Shown: positions 46,488-55,730, counted from the stretch's first letter. The stretch is DNA of 64,000 nt from Verrucomicrobiota bacterium (GCA_029556615.1 JAKQDD010000211.1:1-64000); one strand, 5' to 3'. Notes: generated by a model from the sequence alone, not told the origin. A program made the numbers and translations.

Positions 46488-46863
46488 CCTGCCAATCACG
46501 GATGTGGTCGACACAGCCACGCCACAGGATGGCAAGCCAGCTGTCCTCGTCGTACTTTAGTTCCACCGCTTCCTCAGGCAGAAAGCGCACCACTTCACCG
46601 TTGGGAAGCCTCTCCTCGATAGGATTTGGGTCGATGTGGGTTGGATCGCACTTGTCACGTATCCCGAAGTGGAACCCATGTCCGCATTGGAGCTTGGCAC
46701 TGATGCGGACCCCCCTCCAAGCCACGGTTCCGTAGGTCCCGCGGATTCGTTCGACCTGAACACCCCAACCCGGAGGGATCGGGCAGAGGACGCGCTTGTT
46801 CTCCGTGCTGGGCTGATCGGTCGTAGTTGGCTGATCGTCTTCGGCGAAAGCTTCTGGCAGCAT
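46405..46863 (-). CDS. hypothetical protein
   Basis: ORF overlapping 46212..46487 by about 80 nt. Confidence 0.35.
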   Translation of the reverse strand: MLPEAFAEDDQPTTTDQPSTENKRVLCPIPPGWGVQVERIRGTYGTVAWRGVRISAKLQCGHGFHFGIRDKCDPTHIDPNPIEERLPNGEVVRFLPEEAVELKYDEDSWLAILWRGCVDHIRDWQAKYCDSEGCCLCRSAKNEAADNPCSAS

Positions 46864-47012
46864 GCCTCTACGCTACCCAGCTGGACCAACAATTCGGTCC
46901 TGTCAACGACGAGGACCTTTCTTCGGCAATGCCGGGATACGAAGCGTCTGGTCGGACCTCAAAGGCACCCACTACCAGATAGTAAACGGACATTACTGGA
47001 AAGGAACTGACG

Positions 47013-47489
47013 ATGGATTTGGCCACGAAGTTGAACCTAGCGCTGCTGTGTCATCTTGTGGGGGATTACATCTTACAAAGTGATTATATGGCGCTCAACA
47101 AGACGAAGCGTACCTGGGTCGCGGCGGTGCACGCGACCCTCTACACGGTGCCCTTCCTGATCGTCACGCGGCACCCGGCTGCGCTGGCGATCATCCTGCT
47201 GTCGCACCTCGTCATCGACCGCTTCCGGCTGGCACGCTACGTCGCGTGGGCCAAGAACTGGCTTGCCCCCTGGCAGCGCAAGCACGAGGCCAGTCGCGCT
47301 ACGATCGACGGCATGCCGCACGCGCGCATCAAGACCACCTGGGTCCCCCCGAATCGTCCCTGGCAGCAGTGCCAGGGGACCGGCTACGATCCCGACCGCG
47401 AGAAGTACCTCACCGTCTGGCTGCTCATCATCACGGACAACACGATGCACGTCTGCCTCAACGCGCTCGCCCTGTACCTGTTCCGCTAG
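47013..47489 (+). CDS. membrane protein, DUF3307-like
   Basis: HLVGDYILQSDYMA signature plus TM helices. TAG fused to motif 47489-47497. Confidence 0.5.
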   Translation: MDLATKLNLALLCHLVGDYILQSDYMALNKTKRTWVAAVHATLYTVPFLIVTRHPAALAIILLSHLVIDRFRLARYVAWAKNWLAPWQRKHEASRATIDGMPHARIKTTWVPPNRPWQQCQGTGYDPDREKYLTVWLLIITDNTMHVCLNALALYLFR

Positions 47490-47526
47490 TCAGCTCCAGC
47501 CCGTTCGGCGGGGACGACGCGCTCAC

Positions 47527-47814
47527 ATGACTCACCAGTACCTGGCGGGGCTCGTGGCCCGCCTCTTGATGTTCGCGGTCACCGTCTTCTCGATGGGCTT
47601 CTTCTGGAGCCGCGCGCGCCCCTACCTCGGACCAATCCTGTCCATCACGCTTGGCCTCATCTCGACCTTCAGCCTCACGCTAGACGCCCTCATCGTCTAC
47701 GCGACGTACCGTCCCTGTACGCCGAGAGTGTGGGCCGTGGCGTTCGCGCTGTGTGCTAGTTTCGTCGCCGTCGTCGCATACGCCGTCCACCAACGGTACA
47801 AGGAACGCTCATGA
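47527..47814 (+). CDS. small membrane protein
   Basis: ATG 25 nt downstream of the motif. Three predicted TM segments. Confidence 0.45.
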   Translation: MTHQYLAGLVARLLMFAVTVFSMGFFWSRARPYLGPILSITLGLISTFSLTLDALIVYATYRPCTPRVWAVAFALCASFVAVVAYAVHQRYKERS

Positions 47815-48434
47815 CTGCCCTGTGGATCGTCATCACCCTGGTGCTCTCGACCCTCAACGCGCTCGGTGCCGGTTACGCCTGGCCCGAGTCCAAGGAGCGA
47901 GGTGGACTCGCGCACCTGGTGACGTGGTCGGTCACCATCATGGCTTCGATCGGCTTCACGATGGTGCTCACGCTGTTTAACCTCTTCGTCGCGCTCTCCA
48001 TGCACTGGATCACCCCGGAGCTCGCGGCACGCGGTGAGGCGCTGTGCTTCTCCCTCATCGCGATCCCCATCCTCGGGACGGGCCTAGTGATCACGGTTGA
48101 CGCCTGGGCCGCCTACAGGCGATCACGGAGCCTCGCAGACCTCGCGGTCGCCGGCTACGACACCTGGGCGCAGGTCCACAACACCTACGTGGTCGTGCAG
48201 CACCTGGGCGGTGCGATGCGCAGCGCGGGCGGTCTGTTCCGCGGGGGTGGGTCGAGCGGTGGGTCGAGCGGTGGGGACACCGACTCAGACGGAGCAGGCG
48301 CGCTAATCGTGATCCTCCTCGTAGCCGCAGCCTTCATCGGGGGTGTGCTCATCACCTGGGGCCTCGTCAAGGTGGCGCGCGACGAGTCTACGGCCCGCAT
48401 GCGAATGGCCGTCGCCCCACACAGGAAGTGGTAA
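47811..48434 (+). CDS. membrane protein
   Basis: ATGA overlap. Multiple TM helices and a Gly/Ser linker. Confidence 0.5.
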   Translation: MTALWIVITLVLSTLNALGAGYAWPESKERGGLAHLVTWSVTIMASIGFTMVLTLFNLFVALSMHWITPELAARGEALCFSLIAIPILGTGLVITVDAWAAYRRSRSLADLAVAGYDTWAQVHNTYVVVQHLGGAMRSAGGLFRGGGSSGGSSGGDTDSDGAGALIVILLVAAAFIGGVLITWGLVKVARDESTARMRMAVAPHRKW

Positions 48435-48815
48435 ATGGACACGAAGACGCCTTCCGTGATTCCCGACGGGATCATCCCGTCGAACCTGGAGCTCGTACAA
48501 CCCCCGGACGTAGACGGGATCTCGTGGCGCTTCATGTACCGCCTGCGCGGCGACCGCGTGCGGCCTGGCGACCCCCTCTACGACGAGAAGGACGCCATCC
48601 AGGTGCGGATCAGGCCCGACAAGCTGGTAACCGCCTACTCGGTCTGGTTCCCTGGGGCGTTCTGCTTCCCCTCCCACCAGAACCGCTACGGGGACCTGGA
48701 GGGTCTCGTGGTGGAGATGCTCACGCGGCACAACCTGGTCAACTACGCCAAGTGGCTCAGCACGCGCTACGCGACTCAACTGGAGAGCCTGATACGAAGG
48801 GACAGCGGCCTATGA
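48435..48815 (+). CDS. hypothetical protein
   Basis: ORF only. Confidence 0.45.
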   Translation: MDTKTPSVIPDGIIPSNLELVQPPDVDGISWRFMYRLRGDRVRPGDPLYDEKDAIQVRIRPDKLVTAYSVWFPGAFCFPSHQNRYGDLEGLVVEMLTRHNLVNYAKWLSTRYATQLESLIRRDSGL

Positions 48816-49237
48816 GTCCCGTTCGCCCAGCGGACAACCTCCTACTGCACACCATGATCGCGGTCCTCGTGGGCCTCTGCATCATGGTCGACTGGAGCAT
48901 CCTCTACCTCGACGGACTGGGTCGCTACGGGATCCGAATCGACCTCACGATGAAGGCGATGCTCATCGGCTCCGCCGTCACGCTCGCATACACGGTGTCT
49001 GCGGGCCTGCCTCGCATGCGCTACGTCACCATGACGGCCTTCGTGGTCTACCTGATGGCCACCTGGTCCATCGTCAAGCAGGTCAACCTGCATGACATGC
49101 AGCTTGTGGTCTTCGGGCTCACCAAGATGGGAGAGGCGTGGTTCGTAGCCTCCGTGGCCGCGATGAGCATGCAGATACTGCACGAGAGGGCTGAGCCCAC
49201 ACCCGTCAGCTCCCGCGAGCCCTTAGGACCCGAGTAA
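48812..49237 (+). CDS. membrane protein
   Basis: ATGA overlap at 48812. TM helices. Confidence 0.45.
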   Translation: MSPVRPADNLLLHTMIAVLVGLCIMVDWSILYLDGLGRYGIRIDLTMKAMLIGSAVTLAYTVSAGLPRMRYVTMTAFVVYLMATWSIVKQVNLHDMQLVVFGLTKMGEAWFVASVAAMSMQILHERAEPTPVSSREPLGPE

Positions 49238-49242
49238 GGGAC

Positions 49243-49638
49243 ATGACTTGCCCTGACACGCTACCAGCACAACTTCCCGAGGGAGTTTACCTCGTGGACA
49301 AGGCTCCGACAGACGAGCGAACTCGCTGGGTGTGGAGGATCAGGTTGGCTGGGTCGTACACCCGGCAGGGTCTACCCCTCTACAACCAGGCAGACGACAT
49401 CATCGTCTACATGCGGAAGGAAGGGCATCGGCCAGACCATAAGCACTTCGTCATGCGCGTCCCCGGTCGCGGGCCTGAGATCGAGGCAGGAGACGACCTC
49501 CAAGTCCTCATCGACCGCTGCCTCACGAAGGGCGACCTCCTGAGGCACGTGGACCACATCATCGACAACTACCTCGTCCGCTTGCGGTCCAAGATCTTGC
49601 AAGAAGCGGATCTTCAAACCTACGCCCTATCTCGCTGA
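49243..49638 (+). CDS. hypothetical protein
   Basis: ORF only. Confidence 0.45.
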   Translation: MTCPDTLPAQLPEGVYLVDKAPTDERTRWVWRIRLAGSYTRQGLPLYNQADDIIVYMRKEGHRPDHKHFVMRVPGRGPEIEAGDDLQVLIDRCLTKGDLLRHVDHIIDNYLVRLRSKILQEADLQTYALSR

Positions 49639-49646
49639 GAGGCCCC

Positions 49647-50417
49647 ATGTCCTACCTGTTCCGTGCCGTAGCCAACCTCGTCATCCCGTCCCTCATGGGA
49701 GACCTCCTGTTGTATGTGGGGCAGTACCCCAGCGGTCAGAGCGCGATCGCGGTGCAGAGCTCACGAGGCGAGCCGCTGTTCACCCTGACCCACAACATGA
49801 CCCCCGAGCAGATGGAGCACGCGGAGGTCCAGGATGGGTTCTGGGTGAAGGTCAACGAGCCCTCCGACATACGCACGGCCGCGCTCGCTGCACTCCTCCA
49901 GAGCGGACTCTTTGCGCCCTCAGACCCCCCGGAGTACGTGGGCGCGGGCATGGTCGAACGCTACGCCCAGCTATGGCGGTTCCGTAGCTGCAACGACCCG
50001 ACCCACCACGACGTAGGACGCCCCGCAGCCCTCTGCTCGGCCTGCCTCCTGGCCGTCCGGACGGGACGTTTCCAGCCTGAGCAGGTGCAGGCGGAGTTCC
50101 ACGCCGCAGGGGTCGTGATCGACCCCTCCGTCAACTACGCGAGCCTTCTCATCGAGGACTCGATCAGTCCGCTCGTGCCGTTCGGCAGCGGGCTCGTCTG
50201 CCCGCCCGAGGAACCAGCGCCACCCGAAGGATACGAGCCTCCGCAGCCGTCATGCCTTGTGGAGCAAGACGCCCCCACGGAGCCGGTCGATTGGACTCCT
50301 GCTCCTGGCGGCAACCCCGACCCAGAGCCCGTGTGCGCTTCTCCGCCCAGCGAACCCGACTCGGCCTCCTCCTCGGAGGACAACACGGGAGGAAGCTGCT
50401 CAGACGGTGGGGACTAG
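49647..50417 (+). CDS. hypothetical protein
   Basis: ORF only. Confidence 0.45.
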   Translation: MSYLFRAVANLVIPSLMGDLLLYVGQYPSGQSAIAVQSSRGEPLFTLTHNMTPEQMEHAEVQDGFWVKVNEPSDIRTAALAALLQSGLFAPSDPPEYVGAGMVERYAQLWRFRSCNDPTHHDVGRPAALCSACLLAVRTGRFQPEQVQAEFHAAGVVIDPSVNYASLLIEDSISPLVPFGSGLVCPPEEPAPPEGYEPPQPSCLVEQDAPTEPVDWTPAPGGNPDPEPVCASPPSEPDSASSSEDNTGGSCSDGGD

Positions 50418-50783
50418 ATGATCTCCGTTCCTCTGTCGAGATCAACTCGTCGCCACATCCAGGGAATCGTCTCCGGCTTCGCGGGGTACGGGACAGCCTG
50501 GGCGCTCGGCCACACCATCGACTGGAGGTTCTGCGTATTGGGGATGATGATGACCCTCATCACCTACGTGGGGGAGATCAAGATCGAGCGGATCGGAGTG
50601 CCCAACCAGTTCGGAGCACGACTCAGCGCGATGGCCGCCGCGTGGATGTTGTGGCTCCTCATGGGAGGGGCCCGCGCGCAGGTGAGCCCCCTCGTGGTGG
50701 TCCTGGTCGGGTACTTCGCGGGCCGGCTGAGTCTCCGGTTCTACGTCGAGGGGTCGTACCCTCAGCTCCCGTCTGGATCGTAA
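50418..50783 (+). CDS. membrane protein
   Basis: ORF with TM helices. Confidence 0.45.
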   Translation: MISVPLSRSTRRHIQGIVSGFAGYGTAWALGHTIDWRFCVLGMMMTLITYVGEIKIERIGVPNQFGARLSAMAAAWMLWLLMGGARAQVSPLVVVLVGYFAGRLSLRFYVEGSYPQLPSGS

Positions 50784-50798
50784 CACCGACTACAACGC

Positions 50799-50999
50799 AT
50801 GTTCTACTGCGCTCGGTGCAAGAAGTTCCTGCTGGTACCGGGGATATGCCCAACATGCGGGAGCGTGGGCCTGGTGCCCGCCGCCGTTCACGAACCGAAA
50901 CCTCGACCCTTCCTGTCGGCGGTCGACCCGCCTCCCGAAGGGCTAATGCTGAGCCCACCTCGACCCCCGCAACTACGCCTCATCAGGAGTTCCTCGTGA
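50799..50999 (+). CDS. zinc-ribbon small protein
   Basis: CARCKK ... CPTCG. Confidence 0.4.
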   Translation: MFYCARCKKFLLVPGICPTCGSVGLVPAAVHEPKPRPFLSAVDPPPEGLMLSPPRPPQLRLIRSSS

Positions 51000-52279
51000 G
51001 TACACAATCCCTACACATGAGGTCGATGGCGGGCATCGACCCGCTACGCGTCCCCCTGCCTCCAGGTACGGAGGTCGTCACGCGGGTCGATCGCGTCGTG
51101 GGGGAGCGCACCGTCAAGGCGGGCGCGCTCGGACGCGTCAAGCACATCGACGGGGATCGCGTGGCGGTCCAGGTCGTCGGGGTCGGCCAGGTTTGGTACT
51201 CGCGCAGCGAAGTGGTCCCCTGCCGCGCCGGCCAGGCGCGCTACGCGGCCCGACGCGACCGCGACTGGACGGCCCTTCACCCCTGCGTGGTGCTGGAGGC
51301 CATCGTGGGTTCACGGGCCTGGGGACTCGCGAACGAGAACTCCGACACGGACCGACGTGGTGTGTTCGTCCCGCCATTCCTATGGACGACGGGCCTGGTC
51401 CCCGCACCGGAGGAGATCGGGTCGATCGACGCGACCTGCACCTACTGGTCGACCCACAAGTTCATCCAGCAGGCGCTGCGTGCCGACCCCAACACGCTGG
51501 AGACACTGTTCGTAGGTGAGGTCCAAACGATCGACGTCATGGGACAGTGGATCCTCGACGCCCGCCAGGCGTTCGTGTCCGCGAACATCTACGGGAGCTT
51601 CGGCCGCTACGCGCTCTCACAACTCAAGAAGATGCAGAAGGCGATCGCACTCATCGATCGCCGACGAGTAGTCCTCGATTGGCTTCGCACGGAACCCTCG
51701 CTCCTGCTGGAGGACGTAGCTCAACGCATCGTCACCGAGTTCCCGGAGGATCATCCAGCGGGTTCAAGCGGGCTGTACGTCCAAGGCAAGCAGTACGTGA
51801 AGGACCTCTACCGGTCGCTCTACGACCAGGGAATCATCGCGGAGAACAGCTTCACGGGGCTCGTGAATTTCGCGGAGCACGCGACGGAGAAGGACCTCGA
51901 CCTTCCACGAGAGCTTCGCCCGAAGAACGCCTACAACCTGCTGCGACTCATCGCGACGGCCACCGAGTGGCTACGGACGGGAGAGGTGAACTTCCAGGTC
52001 TCCGGTAGCCTTCGAGACCGGCTGCTGTCCATCAAGCGCGGCGAGGTCGACCTCGCCGACGTGGTACAAGACGCGGAGGAGACCGCTCCGATGCTCGACG
52101 AGGCCCGCCGCCACACCAAGCTCCCCGAGCACCCGAACCTGCGCGCCGCCGACGCCCTACTGCACCGCATCAGTCAGGAGGCCGCGCGTCGCTGGGTGAG
52201 CGGAGAGGTCTCGGCGTTTGGCCTACACGCCCCGCCACCCCCGATGCTCGAGTGGGACGATGCCAAGGAGGACGCATGA
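50996..52279 (+). CDS. pol-beta-superfamily nucleotidyltransferase (paralog A)
   Basis: IVGSRAWGLANENSDTDRRGV is a GS-x9-DxD NTase motif. Downstream KNAYNLLRLIATATEWLRTGEV helical segment is shared with paralog B. GTG 50996 after CAGGAG. The ORF-track frame from 50252 is a junk extension. Confidence 0.6.
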   Translation: MSTQSLHMRSMAGIDPLRVPLPPGTEVVTRVDRVVGERTVKAGALGRVKHIDGDRVAVQVVGVGQVWYSRSEVVPCRAGQARYAARRDRDWTALHPCVVLEAIVGSRAWGLANENSDTDRRGVFVPPFLWTTGLVPAPEEIGSIDATCTYWSTHKFIQQALRADPNTLETLFVGEVQTIDVMGQWILDARQAFVSANIYGSFGRYALSQLKKMQKAIALIDRRRVVLDWLRTEPSLLLEDVAQRIVTEFPEDHPAGSSGLYVQGKQYVKDLYRSLYDQGIIAENSFTGLVNFAEHATEKDLDLPRELRPKNAYNLLRLIATATEWLRTGEVNFQVSGSLRDRLLSIKRGEVDLADVVQDAEETAPMLDEARRHTKLPEHPNLRAADALLHRISQEAARRWVSGEVSAFGLHAPPPPMLEWDDAKEDA

Positions 52280-53058
52280 CGCGCGGCAACGCCTACGAGC
52301 TACTTACTCCCCACCAGGCTAGGGTCGTGGAAGCCCTGGTCCGAGAGGAGGTGGCGCGCCACCTCCCGGTGGTCGTCGCGCTGTCCGGGTCGCACGCTTA
52401 TGGGTTCCCTTCCCCCGACTCGGACGTTGACGTGAAGGCAGTCCACTTGGACCCAACCGCCCTGTTCCTCGGGCTTACTCCGAAACCAACCTCCGACAAC
52501 GTCGTCTCGACGCGAGAGGGCATCAAGATCGACTACACCTCCAACGAGCTCGGCGGGGTGCTCCAGGGCGTGCTTCAGGGGAACGGAAACTACATCGAGC
52601 GCCTGCTCGGGGGGCTGTACTTCAGCCCCTCCAGACTGCTCGACGAGATGCAGGGCATCCTGCGGCGAGCGTTGTCCCGCCGGGTCGCCCACCACTACCG
52701 GGGGTTCGCCCGCACCCAGGCCGAACAGGCCGGGCGCACCTCGGTCAAGAGCCTGCTCTACGCATTCCGCACCCTACTCACCGGGGCACACTTGCTACGA
52801 ACGGGGGAGATCATCCTGGACCTCCCCACGCTGCTGCGCCGCTACGGGTTCGACGAGGTTCAGTCCCTCGTCGAGAAGAAGCGCGCCGGTGTTGATCTGA
52901 TCGAGGCGTCCGAGGGGGACTACTGGCGGATCTGTACGCTGCCTCGCGCGTTCATGGCCTTGGAAGACGCGCGTGAGGGCTCCCCGCTCCCGGTCGAACC
53001 TCCCAACGAGGTCGAGGTGAACGACTGGCTCGTGAGAACGAGACTCCTAACTGCCTAG
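52276..53058 (+). CDS. pol-beta-superfamily nucleotidyltransferase (paralog B)
   Basis: ALSGSHAYGFPSPDSDVDVKAV motif. KSLLYAFRTLLTGAHLLRTGEI segment. AAGGAGG RBS. ATGA overlap with paralog A. Confidence 0.6.
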   Translation: MTRGNAYELLTPHQARVVEALVREEVARHLPVVVALSGSHAYGFPSPDSDVDVKAVHLDPTALFLGLTPKPTSDNVVSTREGIKIDYTSNELGGVLQGVLQGNGNYIERLLGGLYFSPSRLLDEMQGILRRALSRRVAHHYRGFARTQAEQAGRTSVKSLLYAFRTLLTGAHLLRTGEIILDLPTLLRRYGFDEVQSLVEKKRAGVDLIEASEGDYWRICTLPRAFMALEDAREGSPLPVEPPNEVEVNDWLVRTRLLTA

Positions 53059-53083
53059 AGCCGCCTGGGTATCGTAGGCCACG

Positions 53084-54586
53084 ATGCCCGTGATAAAGCG
53101 CACACGCAGGTACGTCTACAACACCCCAAAAATCGCCCGCTGGAGCGACGTGTCCTTGCTCACCCGCGCCGTCCAGCGCGTGGGGGGGATCCACGACGCG
53201 ATCAGCTACTTCACCAACGGTAGCACCCTCTCCCTTCCCCTGCCCCTCCAGGCGCTGCTGGTGTGTCAGCGATTTACCGGACCTGCCCGCGCGGGCCTCC
53301 TCCGGTACCTGACGGACAAGTGCCGGAAGATCCCCCTCCTGTCGGGCGGCGGGAGGTTTCGATCACAGAACACCTACAGCGACAAGCTCAAGCGCGACGT
53401 CACCTTCGGGTCTCTCGACGTGTCGGAGGAGCCCGCCCTCTACATCGTCAACTCGATCCCCGTGCTGGTCCGCCAGGAGGGCTACGGGATCGACGAGGCG
53501 AAGGGGATACAGATCTACTTCCCGCGGGGCTTCTTCTCGACGGAATACTTCCCCCAGCAGGCGATCGACCACGCACCGCGACACTCGTCAGAGATCAACC
53601 GGTTCGCGGTCATCCACGTGGGGGCGGAAGACAACGACGACAACAGCGACGACCCCATACGGGCGGCACGTCCACGGAAGCAGTACGCCAAGACGATGGA
53701 TGGGGATGGGATGATGACGCTGGAGGGAGAGCGCATCCTGTACGAGCATGGGGTGTCTCCCGACGACATGCGGGACCCTGAGCCCTGCGAGGGAGTCGAC
53801 GACCTCGCCCTCACCCCAAGCGCCAAGATCGCCGTTCAGTTCGCGCGCGCCTGGTTCCAGGCGCGGGACGACTACGCGCGCCGCCGCATCATCTGGCGCT
53901 GCGGGATGTTGTTTGAGGGGCCTCCGGGGACCGGAAAGACCGCCCTCGCGCGCGCCCTCGCCTACGAGATGGGAGTGCCCATCCACGTCTTCCACCTGAC
54001 GAGCCTGAACTCGCGGTCCTTCGAGTCTGGCTGGCAGGACATGGTCGAGAGGACCCCCGCGATCGCGCTGCTCGACGACTTCGACCGCGTGTTCGAGAAC
54101 GGCCGGCGGGTCACGGACGAGGGCCCGTCCTACAACCTGGTCCTCCAGGCGCTATCCGGCGTGCAGGAGGTCTCGGGCCTCATGGCGATCCTCGCGGTCA
54201 ACGACATCCACAAGGTGGACCCGACGATCTTCGACACGAAGTCGAAGTCCCGGTTCGGCCGGCGCGTCACCGTGCGCGCCACCTTCGCCCTCCCCACAGA
54301 GGATCAGCGACGGAGCATCGCGCGACGTCTCCTCGACGACTTCCCCACCGAAGTGGTCGAGCGGGTCGTGCGTGAGGGGTGTGAGGACTCTGGGAAGCAG
54401 TTCGTCGACCGGTGCGCGGCGGAGGTCATCGACCGCCTCCAGCACGGAGCCGGCGTACAGGAGATCGATCTCTCCGCGGAGAGTCCGGTACCCCGTCGGG
54501 GACGACCGAGGAAGGACGCCCCGCGGGCTCGTCAGGCTTCCCCCAAGGAGAAGAAGGAGAAGATGTCCGAGCCCGCGGAACGATAA
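53084..54586 (+). CDS. classical AAA+ ATPase with unknown 280-aa N-terminal domain
   Basis: Walker A GPPGTGKT, Walker B IALLDDFD, second region of homology AVNDIHKVDPTIFDTKSKSRFGRRV. Basic C-terminal tail. Confidence 0.7.
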   Translation: MPVIKRTRRYVYNTPKIARWSDVSLLTRAVQRVGGIHDAISYFTNGSTLSLPLPLQALLVCQRFTGPARAGLLRYLTDKCRKIPLLSGGGRFRSQNTYSDKLKRDVTFGSLDVSEEPALYIVNSIPVLVRQEGYGIDEAKGIQIYFPRGFFSTEYFPQQAIDHAPRHSSEINRFAVIHVGAEDNDDNSDDPIRAARPRKQYAKTMDGDGMMTLEGERILYEHGVSPDDMRDPEPCEGVDDLALTPSAKIAVQFARAWFQARDDYARRRIIWRCGMLFEGPPGTGKTALARALAYEMGVPIHVFHLTSLNSRSFESGWQDMVERTPAIALLDDFDRVFENGRRVTDEGPSYNLVLQALSGVQEVSGLMAILAVNDIHKVDPTIFDTKSKSRFGRRVTVRATFALPTEDQRRSIARRLLDDFPTEVVERVVREGCEDSGKQFVDRCAAEVIDRLQHGAGVQEIDLSAESPVPRRGRPRKDAPRARQASPKEKKEKMSEPAER

Positions 54587-54587
54587 G

Positions 54588-55277
54588 TCAGGAGGTGAGG
54601 ATGGGCGTGAGGCCCGTGACGCACGTGTTCCCGATGCGCGCCGCCAGCAGGTAGCCCCCAACGGCCTGGAAGTTGCCGAAGGAGGAGAACCCAGCGTTGG
54701 CGGCCTCGACGAGCACTCCGTTGAGCCACACGAGCAGGGCGGCCTGGTTGGCGATCGGGGGGTTCGGGCTGGACGCGAAGATCCCGCTCGGAGTCGTCAC
54801 CGTCACCCGTACGGTCCCGCCAGCGATCGGGTAGCTCCGACCCCCAAGGAACGCGTCGAACAGGACCGGTGCGCAGCAGGCCCCCGAACGAAAGTTCGAC
54901 CAGCCACCTGGGCACGGGTCGTAGCAAGGCACGTAGCACCGCGCGCAGCGGCACCCAGGTAGACAGCCCATGTTGCGCTCCCTCTCCACGTAGGTAGGCC
55001 CACAACCACACGGCGTGCGCCCACAGCGGCACCCGTAGTTGTAGGGGCCGGGATGACCGGGATGACCGGGATGACCGGGATACCCGTGGCCCCCCGCGCC
55101 GTAGCCTCCGCAGACGCAAGGATGTCGGTTACACCGACAACTCCACTGGGGCGGCTCGCAGTAGACGGGTGGGCAGTAGACGGGCGGGTATGCGGGGTAG
55201 CACGGCGCACACTCGTCTCGCCTCCGACGTGGAGGTTCGCAAGGCACGCAGCCACGATTTGAGTTGTTACGTCCCAT
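54588..55277 (-). CDS. Cys/Gly/Pro-rich protein with GHPGHPGHPG repeat
   Basis: 229 aa with about 30 Cys. A 9-bp tandem repeat lies at about 55050-55085. The first 18 nt are near-identical to the start of 34897..35538 (MGRNNS). Confidence 0.5.
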   Translation of the reverse strand: MGRNNSNRGCVPCEPPRRRRDECAPCYPAYPPVYCPPVYCEPPQWSCRCNRHPCVCGGYGAGGHGYPGHPGHPGHPGPYNYGCRCGRTPCGCGPTYVERERNMGCLPGCRCARCYVPCYDPCPGGWSNFRSGACCAPVLFDAFLGGRSYPIAGGTVRVTVTTPSGIFASSPNPPIANQAALLVWLNGVLVEAANAGFSSFGNFQAVGGYLLAARIGNTCVTGLTPILTS

Positions 55278-55361
55278 ACCTCAATCCTCTCTCGCCCGCT
55301 CCAAGATGGGGAGCTTCCGAACGGAGACGAGATCGGGCGCGACCCGCTCCGGGATCTCGAA

Positions 55362-55676
55362 CTACTTGACCCGGTAGACGACGGGCGAACAGCCCCCGCA
55401 GCACGCGCTGTTGGCGGCCGGAGCCGGAGCGAGGGCGACCGGCGCCCCGAGGTTCATGGCCGCCTGGAAGAGCGCCCAGGAGGACGCGATGGAGGGCGCG
55501 ACCAGGTAGGGCGCGACGTTCACCACGGGAACTGCGGGAACGTAGGCCGGAGCCACGTAGGCCGGAGCCACGTAGGCCGGGACGTAAGCTGGACCCACGT
55601 AGGCAGGGGCCATCGCGGGGACCAGCGGGGCGAGAACAGTTGGGGACGAGCAGGTTGAGCACGACATGGGCACCAT
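55362..55676 (-). CDS. small repetitive protein (PAYV repeats, C-terminal CCGGC)
   Basis: 15-bp tandem repeats at about 55535-55600. Confidence 0.4.
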   Translation of the reverse strand: MVPMSCSTCSSPTVLAPLVPAMAPAYVGPAYVPAYVAPAYVAPAYVPAVPVVNVAPYLVAPSIASSWALFQAAMNLGAPVALAPAPAANSACCGGCSPVVYRVK

Positions 55677-55730
55677 CCTGCTCGCAGACCCTAGGGGTAT
55701 GGTCTTTCCGACTCAGGTTCAGATCGGTCG

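Noticed and set aside
50252-50995. N-terminal 250-aa extension of the NTase-A reading frame given by the ORF track
   Set aside because: Arg/Gly/Pro-rich junk frame that overlaps three better genes (50418-50783, 50799-50999). A GTG/ATG cluster with a CAGGAG RBS at 50996 gives a sensible start.
50996-54586. Interpreting the NTase-NTase-AAA+ trio as a type III CBASS (CD-NTase + HORMA + TRIP13)
   Set aside because: No HORMA-sized gene. The second NTase is a paralog of the first, not a HORMA. The AAA+ has a 280-aa N-domain unlike Pch2/TRIP13. No effector is recognised. Kept only as a loose analogy.
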